This document shows, piece after piece, positions 45,147 to 52,253 of a stretch of DNA of 52,253 bases. The DNA is from Candidatus Margulisiibacteriota bacterium. Its GTDB lineage: Bacteria > Margulisbacteria > WOR-1 > O2-12-FULL-45-9 > XYB2-FULL-48-7. Below the pieces are notes generated by a model. That model was not told the origin of the DNA. It searched no databases and worked only from the letters and a program-made list of their open reading frames with translations. A program made the translations under genes and the position numbers. Each line of letters begins with the position of its first letter. Within the stretch, counting starts at the first letter, position 1. The stretch lies in NCBI GenBank assembly GCA_041649975.1, contig JBAZMB010000001.1:1-52253 (forward strand), read 5' to 3'.

Positions 45147-47078
45147 GTGTCAAGAATATTCCATAAGCCCCGCCCCATTCATTCGCTCGAGCATCAACGC
45201 CGCTCGGTCTTTCCAAAAAGGGTCGAAAACCTCACTACCGTCCTGGATTCGATGGACGAACTTGTTTTCGTCCTTGACCAAGGCGGAAGGATAACCCATT
45301 TTCCTCAACGCAACAAAGCGGGGGATTTATTTGTTTCACCGAATAGTTTCCTTGGCAAACGGATCGACCAGCTCGGCTTCCCGGCAGACGTCCAGGCCGA
45401 TTTCATCGCTAAAATAGCCGCGGCGAAAGAAACCGGCGCGGCCCAAACCTGCGTTTATGAAATACCGACCCCAAAAGGAAAAAAACCGTTCGAAGCCAGG
45501 ATCTCCGTCCGGGCCAATACCTTCGGCCAAATAATCGGCTTTACCGTTATCGCCAGGGACATCAGCGAACGAAAAGAGGCGGAAGAGAGGTTCCAAGCCT
45601 GCGGCATGAGATATCAAACCTTGGTGGAAAACATGCCGGCAATGGTTTGCCGCTTCGATCCGGAGGGATATTTAATCTTTGCCAATGACCATTTTTCCCG
45701 CTGTCATCTTACCAATAATTTCTTCCAGCAATTACCGCCGGAAGCCCGCTTGGATTTTACGGCCAAGCGCCTATCCTTGTCTCCGGACAACCGTTCGATT
45801 GTTCTTAAATACGGCGTCGCGGACGGCAACGGCTCGGTTCGTTGGTTTCGCTGGCGGATAAACGCTTTTTTCTCCTCCCATGGAGAATTACAAGAATTCC
45901 AGGGCTTCGGCGAGGATCTCACTGAAGATAATGCTCGAGCGCTCCAACAAGAACAGCTTGGCCGTTTGCAAACGAGCCGCAGACTCGCCCAAACAATCGT
46001 CCATGAAGTAAACAACGCGCTCACTGGGATCGGCGGTTTTCTTGGTTTCGCCCTTGAAACCGCCCAAGAGCTCGGCGCCGATTCATTAACAAGCGATCTA
46101 AACGAAGTTAAAGCCTCCGCCGCTAAAATAGAAAGACTGACTCAACAATTGGCGTCGATTTATAAAGCAAACAGTTGCTCACTTGTCGTCGCCAATCCCG
46201 CCGAGCTCGCCCGTAAATCCGTTGAATCGTTTTTTTACGGCGTCAACCAAACTAAACAGATCGTTTGGACAGAGGAGACGACCCCGCCCGCCATGATCGA
46301 CATCACCCAGTTCAACCAAGTTATGGAGATCTTATTGCGCAACGCCCTCGAAGCAATCCCGGACAGCGGCAGGATTGAGGTTAAAGCAAAACCCGTCAAG
46401 CTCGAACAAGAAAGCCCAAGTCATTTCGCGATGATCCCGCCGGGCGAATACGCGATGATCAGCGTAACCGACAATGGACGGGGAATTGACCCCAAAAAAC
46501 TGCATTTGATCTTTGATCCAACCTATACCACTAAAAACCAGGGTGGAACGAGCGGACTTAGCCTAACTCAACTACAGTCGATCATTGAAAAACATAACGC
46601 GTTTGTCAAAGTCGAAAGCCTCCTCGGCAAAGGAACAACCTTTTCCTTGTTCTTCCCCACCACTAAAGAAATTGAAAAGATCTCCGTGCCGCCGGTCAGC
46701 CAGCGCCGCCCCGGACCGGTTACTGTTCTGATCGTTGACGACGAACCGACGATCAGGGAAATTTGTGAAAGAGTCCTGTCCGGCCATGGCCACAACGTCA
46801 CCGTTGCTAAAAACGGCGAAGAAGCTTTAACTCTATTGGCTAATAACGGCCCTTTTCAACTGGTCATTACAGATATCAATATGGGACCGGGACTTTCCGG
46901 CATCGAGTTAGCCCAGCAGATCAATCAACGCTATGCGGGGACCAGGATCGCGGTCATGAGCGGTAATCACGAGGAAATGGAGAAAGCCGGATCTTTGGTT
47001 GCAATCCATGGCTCGATCAAAAAACCGTTTCCCAACGAGAAGATCCTTTCCCTCTTGGAAAAAGCGCTGGGAGATTAA
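45147..47078 (+). CDS. Hybrid sensor histidine kinase (PAS x2, HisKA, HATPase_c, C-terminal receiver)
   Basis: 643 aa. H-box IVHEVNNALTGIGGF and G-boxes DNGRGIDP and GGTSGLSLTQ. The REC domain has VLIVDDEP, LVITDINM and IKKPF. Two PAS-like regions include DISERKEAEERFQ...LVENMPAMVCRFDPEGY. The GTG start is inferred. Confidence 0.85.
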   Translation: MSRIFHKPRPIHSLEHQRRSVFPKRVENLTTVLDSMDELVFVLDQGGRITHFPQRNKAGDLFVSPNSFLGKRIDQLGFPADVQADFIAKIAAAKETGAAQTCVYEIPTPKGKKPFEARISVRANTFGQIIGFTVIARDISERKEAEERFQACGMRYQTLVENMPAMVCRFDPEGYLIFANDHFSRCHLTNNFFQQLPPEARLDFTAKRLSLSPDNRSIVLKYGVADGNGSVRWFRWRINAFFSSHGELQEFQGFGEDLTEDNARALQQEQLGRLQTSRRLAQTIVHEVNNALTGIGGFLGFALETAQELGADSLTSDLNEVKASAAKIERLTQQLASIYKANSCSLVVANPAELARKSVESFFYGVNQTKQIVWTEETTPPAMIDITQFNQVMEILLRNALEAIPDSGRIEVKAKPVKLEQESPSHFAMIPPGEYAMISVTDNGRGIDPKKLHLIFDPTYTTKNQGGTSGLSLTQLQSIIEKHNAFVKVESLLGKGTTFSLFFPTTKEIEKISVPPVSQRRPGPVTVLIVDDEPTIREICERVLSGHGHNVTVAKNGEEALTLLANNGPFQLVITDINMGPGLSGIELAQQINQRYAGTRIAVMSGNHEEMEKAGSLVAIHGSIKKPFPNEKILSLLEKALGD

Positions 47079-47080
47079 AA

Positions 47081-47154
47081 TGCGCCCGGCAGGGATCGAA
47101 CCTGCTACCTATTGCTTCGAAGGCAATCGCTCTATCCAAATGAGCTACGGGCGC
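47081..47154 (-). tRNA. tRNA-Arg (anticodon UCG)
   Basis: Minus-strand sequence folded by hand into a 74-nt cloverleaf: GCGCCCG TA GCTC ATTTGGATA GAGC G ATTGC CTTCGAA GCAAT AGGTA GCAGG TTCGATC CCTGC CGGGCGC A. The anticodon loop is CT-TCG-AA. No CCA is encoded. Confidence 0.9.
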
Positions 47155-47196
47155 ATCCAAATGAGCCCTGCCTGCCGGCAGGCAGGTACGGGCGCA
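47155..47196 (-). repeat. Duplicate of the first 21 nt of the tRNA-Arg gene, split by the 20-bp perfect palindrome CCTGCCTGCCGGCAGGCAGG
   Basis: The minus strand reads TGCGCCCGTA-[CCTGCCTGCCGGCAGGCAGG]-GCTCATTTGGAT. This is immediately followed by the genuine tRNA start GCGCCCGTAGCTCATTTGGAT. Confidence 0.85.
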
Positions 47197-47199
47197 TTT

Positions 47200-48342
47200 C
47201 TACTGATTGAGATGAACGACTTGAGCTTTAGGGAACCCGTTGAAATTGGTCGCCGACGCGATGCTGTAAGCCCCGATATTCTCGACGTACAACAAATCAC
47301 CGATCTCCAGTTCCGGCAGCATTTCGCTGGTCGATACGGTATCAAAGGCGTCGCAGGTCGGGCCGACCACCGCGCAGATCCGCTTCTCCCCTCTCTTTTT
47401 GAAGGAATGGAAATGGTAAGGGCAATGATCGAAGATCACGCCCGAGAGCGTGCCGTAAACCCCGTCGTTAACGTAGTAAACGGTCTTGCCGTCGCGGACC
47501 GCCTTGCCGATGATCTTTACGACCAGATGGGCGGCGGTCGCCGCCAGGTAACGCCCCGGCTCGGCGACGATCTCGATTTCTTTCGGGAAAAGCCGGTCCA
47601 GTTCCTTCCGTAATTTACCGGCGAAGATCTCGAATTCCGGGACCGACTCGTCGTACGGGACCGGAAAGCCGCCGCCAATATTAAGGATCTTCATCTGGTA
47701 ACCGCGGGCGGCAACCTCTTTAAAGATCTCGGCTGACGCTTCGAGGGCGGTAATGTAATTGTCGATATTGCAGCACTGGCTGCCGACATGGAAACTAACC
47801 CCCTCGACCGACAAGCCCATTTCAAAGGCCTGCTCGATCAAATTGGGAGCGTCACCCGGTTCGATCCCGAACTTGCTCGACAGCTCGACCATCGAACCGA
47901 CGTTCTGGACCTTGATCCGGCAGATCAAGCCGGCATCGGGACAATATTTTTTGATCTTGGCCAGCTCTTCCGCGTTATCGTAGGTCATCAGGGTGTTGTA
48001 GTTGCGGATCTTTTTCAGGGTCTCGACCGGCTTGATCGTGTTGGCGACAATGATCTTGTCCCAGATGAAGGCATTCCGCTTCTTTCCCCGCAGGTCCTTT
48101 TGCGGCACGTTCTCCAGGACCGAATAAAACTCCTGGAGCGAGGCGACGTCAAAACCGCTGTCGAGCGGATAAAGGGTGCGGATGATCTCCGGATCGGAAT
48201 TGGCCTTGATCGCGTAATACAGCCCGACCCGCGGCAGGAAGCGCCGCATCCGGCGGTAATTCTCGCGGATCACTTCATGGTCGAGCAGGAAGACCGGCGT
48301 CCCGTATTTCTTGGCGTACTTATGCAGGTCCTTGTTGTTCAA
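47200..48342 (-). CDS. PLP-dependent ornithine (or lysine/ornithine) decarboxylase, alanine-racemase-fold group IV
   Basis: 380 aa. YYAIKANSDPEIIRTL, GFDVAS, HVGSQC, GGGFP, EPGRY and GPTCDAFD parallel eukaryote-type ODC motifs. Confidence 0.85.
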   Translation of the reverse strand: MNNKDLHKYAKKYGTPVFLLDHEVIRENYRRMRRFLPRVGLYYAIKANSDPEIIRTLYPLDSGFDVASLQEFYSVLENVPQKDLRGKKRNAFIWDKIIVANTIKPVETLKKIRNYNTLMTYDNAEELAKIKKYCPDAGLICRIKVQNVGSMVELSSKFGIEPGDAPNLIEQAFEMGLSVEGVSFHVGSQCCNIDNYITALEASAEIFKEVAARGYQMKILNIGGGFPVPYDESVPEFEIFAGKLRKELDRLFPKEIEIVAEPGRYLAATAAHLVVKIIGKAVRDGKTVYYVNDGVYGTLSGVIFDHCPYHFHSFKKRGEKRICAVVGPTCDAFDTVSTSEMLPELEIGDLLYVENIGAYSIASATNFNGFPKAQVVHLNQ

Positions 48343-49800
48343 TTATTTCACCAAAAATGTTTTGAACTGCCAGACATCATCTTCCTTGGGCAATTCCATG
48401 TCGAACTTGGTAAATTTGATGTTCAGGTTCTTAAGCGGCGTCCAATCGACCGCTTTCGAAACGAACGGCTTAATGAACGGCTTGGCGATCTTGAGGATCT
48501 CTTCGTGATCAAGATCGTCCGGCATCAGGAAGCCCCGTTTCGGGTTCTTGATCATCCAGATCGACGCGGCCACGACCGAGATCGCCACCTGCATAGTCGT
48601 CGCCTGCTGGTGCGGGATCAACTTCCGGGAAGTCTCGATATCAAGCAAGCTGCCGCACCACCACGATTTAAAATCATGCCCCATCAGCAGGACGCCAAGT
48701 TCGTCGCGGCCGGAAATGATCTCGTCCGACATGATCCGCTGTTTCTCCTGCATCTTGAACTGGCGCATTTCCAGTTCGCGTAAGGAGACGATAGCGCAGT
48801 CACTCGGACAATAGGCGTAATGGACGGTCGGGCGATAGACCGCCTTGCCGTTTTCCCAAACGGTCAACCGGTCGGAAATACTGAACGCTTCCCCGTGGCG
48901 GATGACCATACCGGTAATCTCGCCGCACGGCACCCAGGAACGGACCCAGGTCCTCATCCCCAAAGTGCGAAGACAGATCTGGTTGCGCGGCCCGGTCTCG
49001 TGAAAGAAAGCCCCATCCGGCACGTACTTCTCGTGCGTCCCCCAGCCAAGTTCAGCCGGCGCGACCCCTTCTTCATAAAAACCTTCAATGCTCCAGGTGT
49101 TGACGAATTCGTTAACCTGTTTCGGCTGGTCGGTGATCTGGGTGTCACGTTCGGAAATATGCACAACCTTGGTCCCGGTCAGCATTGCCAGGCGGGCAAA
49201 ATCTTTAGCCGCTAAATATTTTTTCAGTTCCGGCGCCCGCTTATCTTTCGGTTTCTCTTCAATGATCTTATTGGCGATATCGATCAAGGCGTTCTTGGTA
49301 AAATGAGAGACCAAGCCCGGGTTGGCGCCGTGATCGACGATCGCGGTCGTCCCGTTGTTGTCTCCCCAATCCTCGATCATCTTGCGGATCTCCATATGCC
49401 TGGCATAGAGGGTATATTTGGCCGGATCGTTCCGCTGTTCATCTTTATACGGGTCCCATTCTTCAACCGAGGTGTTAACGTAAAGGACCTGGTTTTCCCG
49501 GCACCAGGTGGTAATGGCGCGGCAATCGATGTTCCAAGCGAGATCAATGATCAGATCGCCCGGCCCGGTATATTTAGCCAAAAGCTTTTGGTAATTTTCT
49601 TTGGTCACCCGGTCGATAACGTATTTAACCCCTTTTTTAAGCGAATCCTTCACCCGTTTACGGTTATCGGCAAAATCCATAATAGTTACGTTTTTGGCCG
49701 GGACATCGATCAATTTCAAGACGATCGGGATAGCGCATTGCGAAACTGAACCGCAGCCAATTATTAAAATTTTTCCATTAAACTTAACGTGTTTTTTCAT
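48343..49800 (-). CDS. hss: Homospermidine synthase
   Basis: It aligns along its length with my recollection of bacterial HSS: ILIIGCGSVSQ, GANPGLVSHF, HISERDTQ, FVNTWSIEGF, PAELGWGTHE, VYRPTVHYAY, DELGVLLMGH and DWTPL. I start it at the ATG at 49800, 10 nt after GGAGGT. Its stop abuts the decarboxylase start. Confidence 0.88.
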   Translation of the reverse strand: MKKHVKFNGKILIIGCGSVSQCAIPIVLKLIDVPAKNVTIMDFADNRKRVKDSLKKGVKYVIDRVTKENYQKLLAKYTGPGDLIIDLAWNIDCRAITTWCRENQVLYVNTSVEEWDPYKDEQRNDPAKYTLYARHMEIRKMIEDWGDNNGTTAIVDHGANPGLVSHFTKNALIDIANKIIEEKPKDKRAPELKKYLAAKDFARLAMLTGTKVVHISERDTQITDQPKQVNEFVNTWSIEGFYEEGVAPAELGWGTHEKYVPDGAFFHETGPRNQICLRTLGMRTWVRSWVPCGEITGMVIRHGEAFSISDRLTVWENGKAVYRPTVHYAYCPSDCAIVSLRELEMRQFKMQEKQRIMSDEIISGRDELGVLLMGHDFKSWWCGSLLDIETSRKLIPHQQATTMQVAISVVAASIWMIKNPKRGFLMPDDLDHEEILKIAKPFIKPFVSKAVDWTPLKNLNIKFTKFDMELPKEDDVWQFKTFLVK

Positions 49801-49883
49801 TATTATGCAAACCTCCAAATACATTTTATGGACGAAAAATCATTATTTAATACGGAAAATAAACACCTGCCTTAATTTTTCTC

Positions 49884-49912
49884 ATTGTAACAAAAGAAAT
49901 ATTGTTTGGCAA
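49884..49912 (-). promoter_or_regulatory. Promoter TTGCCA - 17 nt - TGtTACAAT for the hss-decarboxylase operon
   Basis: The reverse complement reads TTGCCAAACAATATTTCTTTTGTTACAAT. This predicts a ~75-80-nt AT-rich leader before the hss ATG. Confidence 0.55.
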
Positions 49913-49918
49913 TAAAAT

Positions 49919-50485
49919 TTACGACTTATTTAGGAGTAATTTCTTTAATTTATGTAAGGCTAAACCGCGATGAGATAGGCGGTTTTTCATAACTGATGAC
50001 ATTTCCGCGAAGGTTTTTCGATAGCCGCAGGGTCGAAAAACCGGATCGTAGCCAAACCCTTCCGCCCCTCTCATTTCCGCAATGATCCGGCCGTGAACAA
50101 CCCCTTTGACCACTCTGATCCGGCCGTCCGGAAAAGCGACCGCGATCGCGCAAACAAATTTCGCTCCCCGCGCCCGGCAATCACTCATTACTTTAAGAAG
50201 TTTAAGGCAAAGATTTTCCGGGGTCGGCGGCGCGGCAAAACGAGCTGATTTAACCCCTGGCTTACCGTTCAAACAATTGACCATTAACCCGGAATCATCG
50301 GCAATTGCGATCTCATCGGGTTTCAGCTTGATCGCTTTAACCTTTTTGATCGCGTTAGCTTCAAAGGTCAGGCCGTTTTCAACAACCCTGACCCCTCGCC
50401 CTTCAACCTTCATTCCTTTAAGGATCTGGCCGATTTCCCGCAGTTTATGCTTATTCGTCGTCGCGACAATTACTTTACCGCTCAT
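49919..50485 (-). CDS. rdgB: Non-canonical purine NTP pyrophosphatase (RdgB/HAM1 family)
   Basis: 188 aa. VATTNKHKLREI, DDSGL, GFGYDPVF and SHRG are family motifs. Confidence 0.9.
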   Translation of the reverse strand: MSGKVIVATTNKHKLREIGQILKGMKVEGRGVRVVENGLTFEANAIKKVKAIKLKPDEIAIADDSGLMVNCLNGKPGVKSARFAAPPTPENLCLKLLKVMSDCRARGAKFVCAIAVAFPDGRIRVVKGVVHGRIIAEMRGAEGFGYDPVFRPCGYRKTFAEMSSVMKNRLSHRGLALHKLKKLLLNKS

Positions 50486-51752
50486 GCTTCAGCGCTTTTT
50501 TGCCAATGTCTTTCCGGTAGTGCATCCCTTTGAATTTGATCAGGTCGACCGCTTGATAAGCCTTCTTGATCGCGAACTTGATCGAATCGCCCCGCGCGGT
50601 CACGCCAAGCACCCGGCCGCCGGCCGTCACGATCTTCCCGCTCTCTTCTTTTGTCCCGGCATGAAAGACCATCACATTTTCCAGTTGATCGATCCGGTCG
50701 AGGCCGGTGATCGGAATCCCTTTTTCATATTTACCGGGATAACCGCCGGCCGCCAAGACCACGCAAACCGCCGCCTGCTCATGCCATTCGATCATTTTTC
50801 CGTCAAGCTTTTCGTCAGCAATCGCTTCCATGATCGGCACCAGATCCGACTTCATCCGCATCATGATCGGTTGGGTTTCCGGATCGCCGAAGCGGCAATT
50901 GAACTCCAGGACTTTCGGCCCCTTTTTCGTAACCATGATCCCGGCGTAAATGACCCCTTTATAGCTAATCCCTTCCTGCCGCATCCCGTCAATGAACGGC
51001 TTAAGGACCGTCACGTCGATCTCCGACATTAAATGTTCGGTCACGATCGGCGCCGGGGAATAAGCCCCCATCCCGCCGGTATTCGGCCCCTGGTCACCGT
51101 CTCGGACCCGTTTATGGTCCTGGGCAGAAGCCAGCGGCAGGATCGACTGGCCATCGGTCAAAGCGAGGATCGAGGCTTCTTCTCCGTCGAGGAATTCCTC
51201 AACCACGACCTGATCGCCGGCTGAGCCAAACTCTTTCTGCTCCATGATCAGTTTTAGGGCTTCGATCGCTTCGGCCTCGGTCTGGCAAACGACAACTCCC
51301 TTGCCGGCCGCCAAGCCATCGGCTTTAACGACGATCGGCGCCCCCATTTCTTTAACATAAGCGATTGCCTCTGCTAAGCGGCTAAAAGTCCCCGACTGGG
51401 CAGTCGGTATATCGTATTTCGTCATAAAATTTTTGGAGAAAACCTTGCTCCCTTCGATTCGCGCTCCCAGCCGGCCCGGACCAAACACTTTCAAACCAGC
51501 CGCGGCAAACTCATCGGCAATCCCGGCAACCAGCGGCACTTCCGGGCCGACCACGGTCAGCCCGATCTTTTTTTCAAGAGCAAACTTTTTTAAGCCGTCG
51601 ATATCCTCAACCGCGAGAGGGACATTTTCGGCAAATTGAGCGGTCCCGGGATTTCCGGGCGCGCAATAGATCTTTTCGGCTAACGGGCTTTGCGCGATCT
51701 TCCAGACCAGCGCGTGTTCCCGACCGCCGGAACCAATAACTAATATTTTCAT
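50475..51752 (-). CDS. purD: Phosphoribosylamine--glycine ligase
   Basis: I start it at the ATG at 51752 (MKILVIGSGGREHAL), after GGAGGAG. It has an ATP-grasp core and ends ...YRKDIG. It overlaps rdgB by 11 nt. Confidence 0.95.
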   Translation of the reverse strand: MKILVIGSGGREHALVWKIAQSPLAEKIYCAPGNPGTAQFAENVPLAVEDIDGLKKFALEKKIGLTVVGPEVPLVAGIADEFAAAGLKVFGPGRLGARIEGSKVFSKNFMTKYDIPTAQSGTFSRLAEAIAYVKEMGAPIVVKADGLAAGKGVVVCQTEAEAIEALKLIMEQKEFGSAGDQVVVEEFLDGEEASILALTDGQSILPLASAQDHKRVRDGDQGPNTGGMGAYSPAPIVTEHLMSEIDVTVLKPFIDGMRQEGISYKGVIYAGIMVTKKGPKVLEFNCRFGDPETQPIMMRMKSDLVPIMEAIADEKLDGKMIEWHEQAAVCVVLAAGGYPGKYEKGIPITGLDRIDQLENVMVFHAGTKEESGKIVTAGGRVLGVTARGDSIKFAIKKAYQAVDLIKFKGMHYRKDIGKKALKHER

Positions 51753-51778
51753 ATTTTTCTCCTCCATGTTTTATCTCG

Positions 51779-51816
51779 CCCCCTCTCTTTTTAAGAGAGG
51801 GGGTCGGGGGGTGAGT
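51779..51816. repeat. Hairpin element CCCCCTCTCTT-TTT-AAGAGAGGGGG followed by TCGGGGGGTGAG, spanning the recJ stop codon
   Basis: Read directly. It shares the GAGAGGGGG hairpin arm and the GGGTGAG tail with the element at 35806-35864 (inverted orientation). Confidence 0.65.
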
Positions 51817-52253
51817 TACTCTCCCTCAGGTCGATTAAACGAAGCTGGGCCGACTCAAAGCCGTTCCATTCGTTGCTCTCCAGATTAAAAGCCAGATCAT
51901 AGCGCTTGGAGTAATCAAGGCATTCCCCTAAGCTCCCCATCCCGAAACCGATCGTTTCGACTTCCGCGCCGCCAAAGTTAAATTTGGCCTTGAGGTGCTT
52001 GTTCCCGTTGCCGATCGCCCGAAAAGTTGATAAGGCAAGATTGCGCAGCATCAGGACCGGGACCGGATTCCGCTCGCCAAACGGCGCCAACCGCTGCAGT
52101 TCTTTTACTAATGAAAGAGAAAGCTGATCGATCGTTACTTCAGCATCGATCGCCAAACCCGGCGCCAGCTCGTCGTCGGCGATCCCCGTCGCCACTTCCG
52201 CCAGGAATTGTTCGGCAAAAAGCGGGATATTTTTAGCTTCGATCTTAAAACCG
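51791..52253 (-). CDS. recJ: Single-stranded-DNA-specific exonuclease RecJ, C-terminal part (runs off the right edge)
   Basis: The frame is open to the window edge. LQRLAPFGERNPVPVLMLRNL...GNKHLKAKF...ETIGFGMG...YDLAFNLESNEWNG matches the conserved RecJ C-terminal OB-like region. Confidence 0.85.
   Translation of the reverse strand, partial: GFKIEAKNIPLFAEQFLAEVATGIADDELAPGLAIDAEVTIDQLSLSLVKELQRLAPFGERNPVPVLMLRNLALSTFRAIGNGNKHLKAKFNFGGAEVETIGFGMGSLGECLDYSKRYDLAFNLESNEWNGFESAQLRLIDLRESNSPPDPLS

Noticed and set aside
47788-48783. 331-aa plus-strand ORF
   Set aside because: It is antisense to the decarboxylase/hss junction. Composition is D/R/L/Q-rich and low-complexity, and there is no SD or promoter. 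It is spurious.

Overview
Mostly housekeeping chromosomal DNA from a diderm bacterium, probably an uncultivated anaerobe; that taxonomic impression is inference only. Genes are tightly packed, often with 1-10 nt overlaps. Confident calls: a group-4 hydrogenase-type membrane module (HyfB/C/E-like, left edge), rarA, nfo, larB-larC, a long minus-strand operon (wecA-wecB-murA-ybeY-dgkA-corC-pyrG), and a complete nine-gene V/A-type ATPase operon in the order G-like/I/K/E/C/F/A/B/D. Also confident: gmhA-hldD, a NodB deacetylase, tsaC, proS-purF-purM-purN-purH, tRNA-Arg(UCG), ornithine decarboxylase plus homospermidine synthase, rdgB, purD and the recJ 3' end. I saw no rRNA, CRISPR array, transposase, integrase or reverse transcriptase. 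No region is convincingly a new multi-gene system. The best candidates are: (1) two AT-richer genes of unknown function at 11.8-13.9 kb, one bracketed by a 77-bp duplication of the nfo 3' end; (2) a 663-aa HExxH protein at the end of the pyrG operon; (3) a histidine kinase translationally coupled to a 219-aa non-receiver protein; (4) a DHp-REC protein next to a hybrid kinase. Sequence-level oddities: about nine start codons lie 6-9 nt after a -10 box, suggesting leaderless mRNAs. The V-ATPase has an intact Na+-binding signature but very short E and C subunits. There is an orphan FlgD-like gene, a duplicated tRNA 5' end split by a 20-bp palindrome, and a small hairpin-repeat family.
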